The notes: a model not told the origin generated them from the sequence alone. A stretch of DNA of 64,000 nt from Bacteroidales bacterium (GCA_024400635.1 JAKSMI010000001.1:113468-177467); one strand, 5' to 3'; counted from the stretch's first letter, positions 40,386-51,275 are shown. Made by a program: numbers and translations.

Positions 40386-40556
40386 CGTAAGTTTGCATTT
40401 TTAATGTAGAAACAAACATGCTGCTGGAATATCACATACGGAGAAAATCCGCCGCTGCCACCCTGACGAAATCCACGGCAGCTGCAAACTTAGCGGCGAC
40501 GTCAGCAATCTAAACGAAATAAGCAAACTGTTATCCATAAGCAAACCCTATTAACA

Positions 40557-43184
40557 ATGAAAAAAACAGTCCTGTTTTTCTGTCTGATTCTTCTGCTAAC
40601 GGCCTGCGAGAAGCACTTCATCACAGATGCAAACTACCGCAAGCAAGTCCACAACGACTTTTTAGAGCGTCAAATACTGGCACAAGGTCGCGCCGATGCG
40701 CTTTTCAGCATTTTCGATCAAGATTTGACATTGGAAGAACGCGAAGCCCTCGAATTTCTTTACGCCTATATGCCGCTAAGCGACTTGGCAGATTACGACG
40801 GTGAATTTTTCCTGAGGCAAGTCAAGACGGCCTTTGCCGCCAGAGAACACTTTGCCTGGGGCGACAGTATCCCCGAAGACATATTCCGGCATTTCGTACT
40901 GGTCTATCGGGTCAACAACGAGAATTTGGATAGTGCCAGAATGGTGTTTTTCAACGAATTGAAGCCCCGTTTGGAAGGGCTATCGATGTACGATGCAGCC
41001 TTGGAAGTGAACCATTGGTGCCACGAACACGTCGCATACCGTCCCTCCGACATCCGTACATCTTCACCACTGGCCACAATGCGTACCGGTTTAGGACGTT
41101 GCGGAGAAGAATCAACATTCACTGTAACGGCATTGCGTTCTGTAGGCATACCGGCACGTCAATGTTACACGCCACGTTGGGCACACTGTGACGACAACCA
41201 CGCCTGGGTGGAAGTGTGGGTGAACGGCCGCTGGTATTTTCTCGGAGCCTGCGAGCCCGACCCCGAACTCAATATGGGCTGGTTTGCCATCCCCTCGACA
41301 CGCACCATGATGGTTCACTCCAACGCCTTTGGCCGCTACAACGGCGATGAGGAAGTGACTTTAGCCACCCCACTCTACTCCAAAATCAATATGCTGTCCA
41401 ACTATGCAGAACATAAAACCATCGTCATCAACGTGGTTGACAAGGATGGCAAAGCAGTTGAAAATGCCGAAGTGAAATTCAAGTTGTACAACTATTCTGA
41501 ATATTACCCAATTGCAACACAAAATACCAATAAAGAAGGCATTGCAAAACTAACAACAGGTTTAGGAACGCTGATGATTTGGGCCAACAAAGAGCAAAAA
41601 TACGGCTATGAAATCATGGACATCCGCAAGACAGACAAACTGACAATTGTTCTGGATCACGAGGCGGGCAGCGAGTACGTAGAATCACTGACAATTGTTC
41701 CGCCCGCCGGGAACTGCGACATCGTCACCGCAACACCAGAAAAAGTTGCTGCCAACAGCCGCCGTCTACAATATGAAGATTCCATTCGCAATGCATACCT
41801 CTCCACCTTCAAAACAGAGGCTGACACTGACTTAATTGTCAATCCAAACATCGACAAAAACGATGTTGGCATTTTACTGAAGAAAAGCGAAGGCAATTAC
41901 GATGAGCTGATTTCATTTATCAATAATCATTCAAAAAAGAATGACAAGCTTTACCTCAAAGATTTTCTTTTTTCACTATCAGACAAAGACTTGCGAGATT
42001 TTTCATCTGCCACTTTAGAAGACCACATCACCTATTATCATCCTGAAAACTATCACAATCCTGACAATTTATCTGTTTCCTACCCCTTCGATGTTTATTT
42101 GAAAGGCATCATTTCGCCACGCATTGCCAACGAAGGATTGCGGCCATGGAGAGGTTTTCTGAAAACACAATTCCTGAATATTTTCAAAGATGAAAAAAAC
42201 ATCAGTGTTGACAATGTCAAAGAATGGATTGCGCAAAACATCCGTATCGACAACGATGAGAATTATTACAACTGCCCGATTAGTCCTCGCGGTGTTTTCG
42301 AGCTGGGTATCGCCGACGAATACTCTCGTGACATCTTTTTCGTTGCCGTCTGCCGCGCCATTGACATTCCTGCTTATATGGACAATGCCACGGGACAACT
42401 TTTCTATTTCGAAAATCAAGAATGGAAAATATTAAGTTTCAACGAATTGAAAGAAGAAATTCATACTGGGACATTAGTTTTGGAATACACACAAGACAAA
42501 CCTGAGCGACCTGTCTATTGGACGAATTTCACCCTTGCGAAATATGAAAACGGTGATTTTGTCAGCTTCGACTTCGAAAACGATCCCCGCGTTGAAAAAT
42601 TCCCCATCACGCTTGAACTTGAGACTGGTTACTACCTCATTTCCTCAGGGAATCGCTACACCGACGGCACTGCTCTTTCGAGACTCGAATTCTTTAATAT
42701 TAAAGAAGGAGAAACGCTTACAAAGGATTTGGTAATCAGAAATTTGGAAGAAAAACCTGAAGATTACGGCACCATAGATTTTCAAGCCTATCATTTCAAA
42801 GATAAGGACGGGAATGCGTTGAAAAATGGTCCGTGGGTGTTGTGTTTTATCGATCCAACCCGAGAGCCAACGAAGCATTTGCTGAAGGAAATTTCCACTG
42901 CCGCAATTGAATTTGAGCAATGGAACCGCCCTCTCATTTTCGTCGTTCCATCCGACAAAAATGCTGCCGACTTTAACTTTGAGGACTGGCATTTACCCCA
43001 AAACAGCATTCTCTGTGTTGATGAAGACAATAACATTCTCAAAAACACACTCAGCCACATCAAATCCACCTTCAGCGACAATTTTCCACTGGTACTTTAC
43101 GTTGATAAAGACGGAAATATCAAATATTTAAGCGAGGGATACCATATCGGCACCGCAAAATTACTGTTAGACAAAAAGAAATAA
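40557..43184 (+). CDS. transglutaminase-like domain lipoprotein
   Basis: 875 aa. Lipobox LLLTAC. Transglutaminase core GRCGEESTFTVTALRSVGIPAR...HAWVEVW. Confidence 0.85.
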   Translation: MKKTVLFFCLILLLTACEKHFITDANYRKQVHNDFLERQILAQGRADALFSIFDQDLTLEEREALEFLYAYMPLSDLADYDGEFFLRQVKTAFAAREHFAWGDSIPEDIFRHFVLVYRVNNENLDSARMVFFNELKPRLEGLSMYDAALEVNHWCHEHVAYRPSDIRTSSPLATMRTGLGRCGEESTFTVTALRSVGIPARQCYTPRWAHCDDNHAWVEVWVNGRWYFLGACEPDPELNMGWFAIPSTRTMMVHSNAFGRYNGDEEVTLATPLYSKINMLSNYAEHKTIVINVVDKDGKAVENAEVKFKLYNYSEYYPIATQNTNKEGIAKLTTGLGTLMIWANKEQKYGYEIMDIRKTDKLTIVLDHEAGSEYVESLTIVPPAGNCDIVTATPEKVAANSRRLQYEDSIRNAYLSTFKTEADTDLIVNPNIDKNDVGILLKKSEGNYDELISFINNHSKKNDKLYLKDFLFSLSDKDLRDFSSATLEDHITYYHPENYHNPDNLSVSYPFDVYLKGIISPRIANEGLRPWRGFLKTQFLNIFKDEKNISVDNVKEWIAQNIRIDNDENYYNCPISPRGVFELGIADEYSRDIFFVAVCRAIDIPAYMDNATGQLFYFENQEWKILSFNELKEEIHTGTLVLEYTQDKPERPVYWTNFTLAKYENGDFVSFDFENDPRVEKFPITLELETGYYLISSGNRYTDGTALSRLEFFNIKEGETLTKDLVIRNLEEKPEDYGTIDFQAYHFKDKDGNALKNGPWVLCFIDPTREPTKHLLKEISTAAIEFEQWNRPLIFVVPSDKNAADFNFEDWHLPQNSILCVDEDNNILKNTLSHIKSTFSDNFPLVLYVDKDGNIKYLSEGYHIGTAKLLLDKKK

Positions 43185-43202
43185 CATATATCCTTCTTCA
43201 TA

Positions 43203-43988
43203 ATGAAAAGAACAATCTTTTTTATAATATTGATAATCATTTCATTGTCAACATTTGCACAAGACAAAGTCATCATAGATAAGGTTGTGCATTATATGGC
43301 CGTTGACCCGCAAGGCAATTTGTATCTGGTGGATGACAACACGCTGTACAAATACAACTTAAAAGGCGAAATGTTAGCAAGTTACACCAACAAAATGTTA
43401 GGGCAAATTTATTCCATAGATGTTGACAACCCCTTTAAAATCATGCTTTTCTACCATGACGAAGGTAAAATTTTATTTCTGAATGGACAATTGGCACCCA
43501 TTGGAGATGAACTTGATTTGTTTTCCAAAGGATTGATAACCATTAATTTGGTGACCCATTCTTCCAACAACAATCTTTATTTATATGATATTTCCAAGAC
43601 AGAAATGATCATTACGGATTTGCATCTCAATATCAAAGAAAGAATGAATTACAATTTACAGCTTTTTATGCCTTCAGAAATCTACGACCAGGGGGAAAAG
43701 ATGATTGTGATGCACGATCCTTTTCACGGAGTGTATTTTTTTGACCAATTTGGCACTTTTGAAAAGAACATTGAGTTGATTACCAATCGCAAAATCCAAG
43801 TGATAAATTCCAAAATATTTTTCATAGACAACAGATCCTTAAAATGTTATGACACGGAACATCTTTCCATGGCCGATTTAATTCCGGTCTCCAACGAGTG
43901 CGAGCAAGTTCTGTTATTTGGCGACAAGATTATCCGGATTGAAGGGGATGTGGTGACAATAGAAATGAGAGTGAACTGTGAACGGTGA
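43203..43988 (+). CDS. hypothetical secreted protein
   Basis: 261 aa with a signal peptide. The last codons (RVNCER) are encoded by the 7-mer array. Confidence 0.5.
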   Translation: MKRTIFFIILIIISLSTFAQDKVIIDKVVHYMAVDPQGNLYLVDDNTLYKYNLKGEMLASYTNKMLGQIYSIDVDNPFKIMLFYHDEGKILFLNGQLAPIGDELDLFSKGLITINLVTHSSNNNLYLYDISKTEMIITDLHLNIKERMNYNLQLFMPSEIYDQGEKMIVMHDPFHGVYFFDQFGTFEKNIELITNRKIQVINSKIFFIDNRSLKCYDTEHLSMADLIPVSNECEQVLLFGDKIIRIEGDVVTIEMRVNCER

Positions 43989-44005
43989 ACGGTGGACAGT
44001 GAACA
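43971..44005. repeat. 7-bp micro-tandem array x5 (gtgaact gtgaacg gtgaacg gtggaca gtgaaca)
   Basis: Read directly. It spans the stop codon of the 43203 gene. Confidence 0.7.
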
Positions 44006-44029
44006 GTAGTCAAAGTAATATGAATAATT

Positions 44030-44061
44030 TTCTCAATCTCCAAATTCCTTAATTTCTTAAT
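44030..44061. repeat. 8-bp micro-tandem array x4 (ttctcaat ctccaaat tccttaat ttcttaat)
   Basis: Read directly. Same unit type as 25963-26018. Confidence 0.65.
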
Positions 44062-44108
44062 CCAAAAATTTGTATCTTTGCAGTTTGTAAATTAAAAATT
44101 CATAGACG

Positions 44109-46160
44109 ATGAAGAAATTTGTCATTGGGGCTTTTGCCGCCATTATTTTACTGACCACCAGTTTATTTGCGCAGGAAAATCCTGTTACCTGGAACTTTAA
44201 AACCGTAAAAGTCAACGATTCGATTGCAGAGCTTCAGTTTCAAGCACAAATACAAGAGAATTGGCATCTCTATTCACAGTATCATAACAATGGGATGGAG
44301 CGTCCCATCGAATTCTCTTTCAAACCCGCAAAGGGATATAAACGCATCGGGAAAGTCACGGAACCTCAGGCCACCGTACATTACGATCCTGTTTTCAACG
44401 ATACATCCCTCTATTTTCTAAAGAGTGTCACTTTTAAACAAAAAGTGCAAATTCTGCAGAATGAAGATTTCACAATCAAGGGCAATATCTCGGGTCAAGC
44501 ATGCATAGAAGGACGTTGCGTAGCACTCGAGAACAAATTCACTTTCGATATCAAAAATTTTCATCCAACAACCGAAGTTGACAACACCAATGAAGTTGCA
44601 GGAGCAGAAAACACGCAAGATACTGTTATTCAAAATATTGAGAACACAGCCGAAAACGCTGTAGTTGGCACCGAAGAATCTGAAGAATCTGAATCGCTCT
44701 GGTCATTTTTCCTTGTAGCCTTTTTTGGCGGCCTGGTTGGCTTGTTGATGCCCTGCGTCTTCCCAATGATTCCAATGACAGTTTCATACTTTATGAAGCA
44801 GGGGAAGAAAGCAAAACTCAATGCATTGCTTTACGGTTTGAGCATTGTCATCATCTACGTCATTTTCGGCATTATCCTATCACTCATATTTGGGCCTGAC
44901 TTTGCCAACATTCTGAGTACACACTGGATTCCGAATCTGTTATTTGCCGTGATTTTCATTATTTTCGCATTGTCATTTTTCGGTTATTTTGAAATCACAT
45001 TACCCAGCAGTTGGGTCAACAAGTCGGCCAAAATGGAAAGCGCTGGCGGTTTCATTGGCATTTTCTTTATGGCATTGACATTGGTGCTGGTTTCATTCTC
45101 CTGCACTTTGCCCATTGCCGGCGCCGTCGCCTTGAATTCCGTTGGCGGTTCATTGTTAAAGCCCATCATCGGCATGCTCGGTTTCTCATTAGGCATCGCC
45201 ATTCCATTCACCCTTTTCGCATTCTTCCCTGGTTTGCTGAAGAAAATGCCGAAATCCGGCGGCTGGATGAATACTTTGAAAGTTGTTTTGGCTTTCGTTG
45301 AATTGGCTTTCGCCCTCAAATTCATCAATGTTCCAGATCAAACTTACCATTGGGGCATTCTCGACCGCGAAGTTTATCTGGCATTATGGATTGTCTTATT
45401 CTCCTTACTTGGCTTCTACCTCATTGGAAAAATCAAATTTCCCAACGATGATGACATGCCCGTACAGGATAGCCCCTTCCGATTCACTATCGCCATTCTG
45501 ACCTTTGCCTTCGTTGTCTATATGATTCCCGGCATGTTCGGGGCTCCTTTGAAAGCCATCTCCGGCTGGTTGCCGCCAATGACAACCCAAGATTTCGATG
45601 TCAACCAGATCGTAAGACAAGAATCTGGTACTGGCACTGGCTCTTCCACTACTTTCAATCTGAATGAAACACCACTTTATGAGGATCAGCTTGACCTGCC
45701 ACACGGCATCAAGGGCTACTTTGATTACGACCAGGCTTTGCGCATTGCCAAAGAGCAAAACAAACCCGTTTTCATTGACTTCACTGGACACGGCTGCGTC
45801 AACTGCCGAAACGTTGAAAATGCCGTTTGGATTGACCCGCAAGTGCGTAAGCTTTTCGCTGAAGAGTTTGTTGTGGTAGCTTTATATGTCGACGACAAGA
45901 ATATTCAACTCCCTGAGGATCAAGTATTCAATGACGCCGATGGTGATCCTGTAACCACTTTAGGTGGCAAAAATATGTATATTCAAAATACTATTTACAA
46001 AGAAAATTCACAGCCCTGCTATTTTGTTATCGATCCTGATGGTACAGTATTAGCAGGTCCAACCTACTACGAAAAAGACGTTAACACCTATATGGATTTC
46101 CTAAAATCTGGCATTCAAGCTTACAAGGAAAGACATGACAATAGCGTGCCTGAAGAATAA
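44109..46160 (+). CDS. dsbD: thiol:disulfide interchange protein DsbD
   Basis: 683 aa. N-terminal periplasmic domain, a central multi-TM DsbD core and a C-terminal thioredoxin domain (FTGHGCVNCR). Confidence 0.88.
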   Translation: MKKFVIGAFAAIILLTTSLFAQENPVTWNFKTVKVNDSIAELQFQAQIQENWHLYSQYHNNGMERPIEFSFKPAKGYKRIGKVTEPQATVHYDPVFNDTSLYFLKSVTFKQKVQILQNEDFTIKGNISGQACIEGRCVALENKFTFDIKNFHPTTEVDNTNEVAGAENTQDTVIQNIENTAENAVVGTEESEESESLWSFFLVAFFGGLVGLLMPCVFPMIPMTVSYFMKQGKKAKLNALLYGLSIVIIYVIFGIILSLIFGPDFANILSTHWIPNLLFAVIFIIFALSFFGYFEITLPSSWVNKSAKMESAGGFIGIFFMALTLVLVSFSCTLPIAGAVALNSVGGSLLKPIIGMLGFSLGIAIPFTLFAFFPGLLKKMPKSGGWMNTLKVVLAFVELAFALKFINVPDQTYHWGILDREVYLALWIVLFSLLGFYLIGKIKFPNDDDMPVQDSPFRFTIAILTFAFVVYMIPGMFGAPLKAISGWLPPMTTQDFDVNQIVRQESGTGTGSSTTFNLNETPLYEDQLDLPHGIKGYFDYDQALRIAKEQNKPVFIDFTGHGCVNCRNVENAVWIDPQVRKLFAEEFVVVALYVDDKNIQLPEDQVFNDADGDPVTTLGGKNMYIQNTIYKENSQPCYFVIDPDGTVLAGPTYYEKDVNTYMDFLKSGIQAYKERHDNSVPEE

Positions 46161-46174
46161 TTTTCCGAATCATC

Positions 46175-47857
46175 ATGAAAAAGATTAAAGGTCAGAAACT
46201 ATTTTTAGCTATTATATCTGGATTACTCCTTTGGTTGTCTTGGAATCCAAGCGGTCTTCCCTTCCTTATTTTCTTTGCCTTCATGCCATTGTTCGTCATC
46301 AGTGACCTGCTGGTTGGTGACGAAAAGCGCAACCAGTTTGGGCGTAGTTTTGGTTATGCGCTCATCGCTTTATTCATTTGGAATCTCGGCACGACATGGT
46401 GGGTTTGGAATAGTACCGGCCCCGGCGCAGTTGCCATGCTTCTGCTTAACAGCAGTTTTATGGCCATCGTCATTGCCACATGGCATTGCTGCCGTCGCCA
46501 TGGCCTTCCTGGTTGGCTGCAACCGATTGCATTCATCGCCTTTTGGATGTCCTTCGAATATTTACACTTACATTGGGACCTCACCTGGCCTTGGCTCAAC
46601 ATCGGCAATGTATTCGACAGTTGTCCGCAATTCGTCCAATGGTACGAATTCACAGGAACATTCGGTGGCACTCTTTGGGTTCTGCTCGCCAACTTCCTAA
46701 TTTATTATGTCATCAGATTTTTTCGAAGCAACAGAAAAAAATCCATCATTTTTTCCATTGCTTTCCTGCTTTGGATTATCATTCCCATTGTGCTATCTTC
46801 CGCAATGTATCACCATTATAAAAACAACCTAAAACATGATAATCCAGTAGAAACCATTATCATTCAGCATAATACCGAAGCATATGAAGAGCAATACATG
46901 ATGTCCAACATCGAACACACTGTTCGTTTATTGCAGTTGGCATTGCCGATGGTAAGTGACAGTACTCAATTGGTTGTCACCGCCGAATCGTCAATTTCGC
47001 ACACCATCTCGGCCAACGCTTTATTGGACAAGTCTTATCCAACTGACTCATACCTCTACGCTGGATTTACACTTTTGGATTCAGTAATTGCCCACTATCC
47101 GAATTTGAATTTTATACTTGGTCTATCCACTTTTGAAACTTTCACAGAAGAACCCAGCATTGTTCACATTCAACGTGAAGATGGCATTTATCAAGCGGTA
47201 CACAACTCAGCGACTTGCTACAACAAGTACGGGGTCACCGATTTGTACCACAAGAGCCGTCTGGTTCCTGGTGTTGAAAAAATGCCTTTCCCAAAGCTCT
47301 TCGGATTTTTGGAAGACCTTGTCATCAATTTGGGTGGTCCGCGCTGCTCTTTGAGTCCAGATACTGCACAACACGCTTTTCACACCACCATCAATAACGG
47401 CACAGTGAAAGTCGGCACCGTCATTTGCTATGAATCAGCTTATGGTGAAGTATTTGCCGGATTTGTCAAAGACGGCGCCCAGCTCATGGCAGTCATCACC
47501 AACGATGCATGGTGGGGAGACACTCCTGGCTACAAGCAACACTTCCTCTTCTCTCGCTTGCGTGCCATCGAATCACGCCGCACCGTATTGCGCTCGTCCA
47601 ACCCCGGCATCTGCGCCTTCATCGATGAATGTGGTGACGTTCACCAGGCAACACAATACAACAAACGATTAGCCATTAAGCAGTTGGTGTACCCCAACGA
47701 CCAAATGACCTTCTATGTAAAACATGGTGATTACCTTGCTCGTATTGCCTTGGTTATAGCTGCCATTTGCTTAATCTGGTCCATCGTAGTGGGAATTGTA
47801 AACGCTGTTGAAAATTTCTCAATAAAAAAATGCAACAATAACAAAAAATCAATATAG
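46175..47857 (+). CDS. lnt: apolipoprotein N-acyltransferase
   Basis: 560 aa. Multi-TM N-terminus and a CN-hydrolase domain with CYESAYGE. Confidence 0.88.
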   Translation: MKKIKGQKLFLAIISGLLLWLSWNPSGLPFLIFFAFMPLFVISDLLVGDEKRNQFGRSFGYALIALFIWNLGTTWWVWNSTGPGAVAMLLLNSSFMAIVIATWHCCRRHGLPGWLQPIAFIAFWMSFEYLHLHWDLTWPWLNIGNVFDSCPQFVQWYEFTGTFGGTLWVLLANFLIYYVIRFFRSNRKKSIIFSIAFLLWIIIPIVLSSAMYHHYKNNLKHDNPVETIIIQHNTEAYEEQYMMSNIEHTVRLLQLALPMVSDSTQLVVTAESSISHTISANALLDKSYPTDSYLYAGFTLLDSVIAHYPNLNFILGLSTFETFTEEPSIVHIQREDGIYQAVHNSATCYNKYGVTDLYHKSRLVPGVEKMPFPKLFGFLEDLVINLGGPRCSLSPDTAQHAFHTTINNGTVKVGTVICYESAYGEVFAGFVKDGAQLMAVITNDAWWGDTPGYKQHFLFSRLRAIESRRTVLRSSNPGICAFIDECGDVHQATQYNKRLAIKQLVYPNDQMTFYVKHGDYLARIALVIAAICLIWSIVVGIVNAVENFSIKKCNNNKKSI

Positions 47858-47859
47858 CT

Positions 47860-49356
47860 ATGAGTAAACATAAGATTTCATCGAAACAGATTACTTTAGA
47901 CATTATCAAAAAAATCTTAGACAAGAACGCCAAATTGGAATTATCTGAAGAAGCGACCTCTGCCATTGAAAAATGCCGTCAATACTTGGATGACAAAATG
48001 GCAAAGAGCAAAGTTCCAGTTTATGGTGTCACCACTGGTTTCGGCTCTCTCTGCAACAAAAATATTTCATTGCAGGATCTGTCCACTCTACAACGCAACT
48101 TAGTAGTTTCTCACGCTTGCGGCTTTGGCGAAGAAGTTCCCCAGGAAATCGTCAGAATCATGTTGCTGCTGAAAGTTCAGTCGTTGTCATACGGACATTC
48201 CGGAGCACAATTGGCAACCATACAACGCTTGATCGACTTCTTCAACAAAGGCGTATACCCTGTTGTTTATCAGCAGGGCTCACTCGGCGCTTCCGGTGAC
48301 TTGGCCCCATTGGCACATCTCTCTCTCCCTTTAATTGGCATGGGTGAAGTTTACTATCGTGGCAAGAAATATCCTGCAGAAGAAATCAATAAGAAATTCG
48401 GTTGGGAACCTATCACTTTGAAATCCAAGGAAGGGCTGGCACTGCTCAATGGCACTCAGTTTATGAGCAGCTACGCTGTTTGGTTGTTGCTGAAGTCTGA
48501 AAAACTGTCGTTATTGGCTGATGTTATCGGAACAGTTTCTCTCGAAGCTTTCGACGGCCGTATAGAACCTTTCCACCAGAGTGTTCATCTGGTTCGTCCT
48601 CACATGGGCCAACTCGTTACCGCCATGCACGTCACCCGCATGCTCGAAGGTTCTGAAATCATCAAACGCGAGAAAAAACACGTTCAAGACCCCTACTCTT
48701 TCCGCTGCATGCCCCAAGTTCACGGTGCCACCAAAGATTCTATCGACCACGTCAAATATGTCGTTGAAACCGAAATCAATTCTGTTACCGACAACCCAAC
48801 CGTCTTCCCCGATGAAGATATGATTATCTCAGCTGGTAATTTCCATGGACAGCCTTTGGCATTGGTTTTGGACTTCCTGACAATGGCCATGGCTGAATTG
48901 GGCAACATTTCAGAACGTCGTATTTACCAACTCATTTCTGGCAAACGCGAACTGCCTTCGTTCCTCGTTAAAAATCCCGGTTTGAACTCTGGTTTTATGA
49001 TTCCACAATATACGGCAGCTTCTATTGTCAACCAGAATAAAGCATTCACCATGCCTTGCTCAACCGACTCCGTTGAATCATCACAGGGACAGGAAGACCA
49101 TGTTAGTATGGGTGCAAATGCCGCTACCAAATGCTTCTTAGTGGTCAATAATGTAGAAAAGATTTTGGCCATAGAATTGTTCAATGCCGCACAGGCATTC
49201 GAATTCCGCCGTCCTCTCAAATCTTCCCCATTCATCGAAGAATTCGTGGCATCATTCCGCCAAGTCGTTCCATTCGTTGAAAACGACCGTTACATGCACG
49301 AACTAATGGTGAAATCTCAGGAATTCCTCCAGAATTTGGATGTTGACTTTCAATAA
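47860..49356 (+). CDS. hutH: histidine ammonia-lyase (aromatic amino-acid lyase family)
   Basis: 498 aa. MIO-forming GSLGASGDLAPLAH motif. Confidence 0.9.
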   Translation: MSKHKISSKQITLDIIKKILDKNAKLELSEEATSAIEKCRQYLDDKMAKSKVPVYGVTTGFGSLCNKNISLQDLSTLQRNLVVSHACGFGEEVPQEIVRIMLLLKVQSLSYGHSGAQLATIQRLIDFFNKGVYPVVYQQGSLGASGDLAPLAHLSLPLIGMGEVYYRGKKYPAEEINKKFGWEPITLKSKEGLALLNGTQFMSSYAVWLLLKSEKLSLLADVIGTVSLEAFDGRIEPFHQSVHLVRPHMGQLVTAMHVTRMLEGSEIIKREKKHVQDPYSFRCMPQVHGATKDSIDHVKYVVETEINSVTDNPTVFPDEDMIISAGNFHGQPLALVLDFLTMAMAELGNISERRIYQLISGKRELPSFLVKNPGLNSGFMIPQYTAASIVNQNKAFTMPCSTDSVESSQGQEDHVSMGANAATKCFLVVNNVEKILAIELFNAAQAFEFRRPLKSSPFIEEFVASFRQVVPFVENDRYMHELMVKSQEFLQNLDVDFQ

Positions 49357-49365
49357 GTCCGAGTT

Positions 49366-50076
49366 ATGACAGAAAAAGGCAAATTATATTTAATCCCCTC
49401 GCCCCTGGGCGAGCGGGATTTTTCTTGTGTCTTCCCGAACTTCAACTGCGAAATCATCAATGCAATAGACACATACATCGTTGAGGATTTGCGCACCGGT
49501 CGTCGTTTCCTAAAAAAAATGGGCATCAAAAAAGCCATTGACGAGTTGGAGTTTTTCTTGTTGAATGAACACACCCAAGGTGTGGATTTGAACGAATACT
49601 TGAAGTGCTGTGAGGAAGGCAAAAACGTCGGTCTGATGTCCGACGCCGGTACACCTTGCATTGCCGATCCGGGCAATGTCGTCGTTGCCAAAGCCCACCA
49701 ACTGGGCATCGAAGTGGTGCCATTGGTTGGCCCCAACTCCATCGTTTTGGCTTTGATGGCTTCCGGCTTCAACGGACAAAGTTTTGCTTTCAATGGATAT
49801 CTTCCCGTGGAGCAAGACCGCCGCGAAGAGCAACTTAAAGTTCTGGAATCCAGAATCATAAAGCATAATCAGACTCAGTTATTCATCGAAACGCCTTACC
49901 GCAACAACCATCTTTTCCAATCCATTTTGCGCGTTTGCCAGCCCAACACGCGTCTGTGCATCGCTTGCAACATGACGACGGAAGAGCAGTATGTGAAATC
50001 ACAATCCGTTGCCCGCTGGCGTAAAGAAAATATCGACTTGCACAAGAAACCCGTGGTGTTTGTGCTGGGAAGATAA
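49366..50076 (+). CDS. SAM-dependent methyltransferase, tetrapyrrole-methylase (RsmI-like) family
   Basis: 236 aa: LYLIPSPLG...GLMSDAGTPCIADPG...VPLVGPNS. Confidence 0.8.
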   Translation: MTEKGKLYLIPSPLGERDFSCVFPNFNCEIINAIDTYIVEDLRTGRRFLKKMGIKKAIDELEFFLLNEHTQGVDLNEYLKCCEEGKNVGLMSDAGTPCIADPGNVVVAKAHQLGIEVVPLVGPNSIVLALMASGFNGQSFAFNGYLPVEQDRREEQLKVLESRIIKHNQTQLFIETPYRNNHLFQSILRVCQPNTRLCIACNMTTEEQYVKSQSVARWRKENIDLHKKPVVFVLGR

Positions 50077-50133
50077 TACCTTAACCTTTCGCTCACTTTG
50101 CTCGCTGACGTTAACCTTGACTACATTTTATTG

Positions 50134-50172
50134 GTTAAGGTCAAAGTTAAGGTCAAGGTTAAGGTCAAGGTT
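50134..50172. repeat. 12-bp tandem array x3.2 (gttaaggtcaaR), with an inverted partner gttaaccttgac at 50110-50121
   Basis: Read directly between the convergent genes 49366..50076 and 50175..51239. Confidence 0.7.
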
Positions 50173-50174
50173 TT

Positions 50175-51239
50175 TTACGGCAAAACGACAATTTTGGATG
50201 GATTGAGGCCAGCTTCGAATTTAAACTTCATTTTACCATCAGAGCCAAAGCAATAGACATCACCGTTTGAAGTGTATTGGTAGGCATCGGAAATGTAAAC
50301 ATCGCCATTGGCTGGATTGACTGCAATTCCATAGGGCGTGACAATCTGCGTTCCATCGCTGATAAAATTCTCATTGACAATAGTTTCGCTTGCTACATTC
50401 AACACTTTAATCTGCGATTGCATTGTATTATAATTATAGGAATAGATGTATGCTAAATCGTTGCAAAGTGTAAAATTTGATATGGGAAAATCAAATATTT
50501 GAACCACCTCATCATTTGAAGAATTAATGCGCTGCAATACAGAAAGGACATCTGCATAATTGCCATTAGAAAGGACATATACATCGCCATAATCATCAGC
50601 AAGAATGTGGGAAGGGTTGAGGGCAACTTCAATTTCTTTCAAAACCGCCAATGATGAAGGATCCATCACAGATACAGTATGACCATAATCGGGATAATTG
50701 AGGCCACCGGAATTGGAGACATAGAGTTTGCCATTAGCAACACAAATACCATCCGGATTGCTTCCAGCTTGTCCTATGCCCGTGATTTCCAATGAAGTGG
50801 TGTCGATTTTAATGATTGAACCGTCGTAGCAACAAACAAAGGCATTGCCTTGGTAAAAAGCGATGCGGCGTGGCTGACGACTCGCCAGAGAAATCTGGCG
50901 AATAGAACGAGCGTCAAGCGACATGATTTCTATACTTTCTGAAATATTAACCACACAATACATCTTAGAGCCGTATACCTTTAAATCCGAGCCGGTATCT
51001 CCCAAACCACGATTATTGACAGCACTGAATATGTCTTCCGTAATTCTTCCTGAAACGAAATCATAGTAAGACAGCGTGGTGTTATTCATTTGCCACAAGC
51101 CTTCGTTGAGGACATAAACACCTGATGCCTGCGCCGTATTTTGGTCCGGAGCGTCAGGAGTTACCGGTTGTGGTTTTTTACAGGCATTAATACCTAATAA
51201 TAATGCTGCCAAAAGAATCAGTAAATTGCGATTTTTCAT
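50175..51239 (-). CDS. YncE/DUF5074-type beta-propeller surface lipoprotein (BtuG-like)
   Basis: 354 aa. Lipobox LLGINAC. GVYVLNEGLWQMNNTTLSYYD plus repeated blade-like segments. Second gene of a B12-riboswitch operon. Confidence 0.7.
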   Translation of the reverse strand: MKNRNLLILLAALLLGINACKKPQPVTPDAPDQNTAQASGVYVLNEGLWQMNNTTLSYYDFVSGRITEDIFSAVNNRGLGDTGSDLKVYGSKMYCVVNISESIEIMSLDARSIRQISLASRQPRRIAFYQGNAFVCCYDGSIIKIDTTSLEITGIGQAGSNPDGICVANGKLYVSNSGGLNYPDYGHTVSVMDPSSLAVLKEIEVALNPSHILADDYGDVYVLSNGNYADVLSVLQRINSSNDEVVQIFDFPISNFTLCNDLAYIYSYNYNTMQSQIKVLNVASETIVNENFISDGTQIVTPYGIAVNPANGDVYISDAYQYTSNGDVYCFGSDGKMKFKFEAGLNPSKIVVLP

Positions 51240-51275
51240 TGGTATTACTATTAAAGATACCCATAAGATGAATAT

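Noticed and set aside
40226-40435. 69-aa minus-strand ORF
   Set aside because: It overlaps a well-folding tRNA-Leu(GAG) and its terminator, and starts at a GTG.
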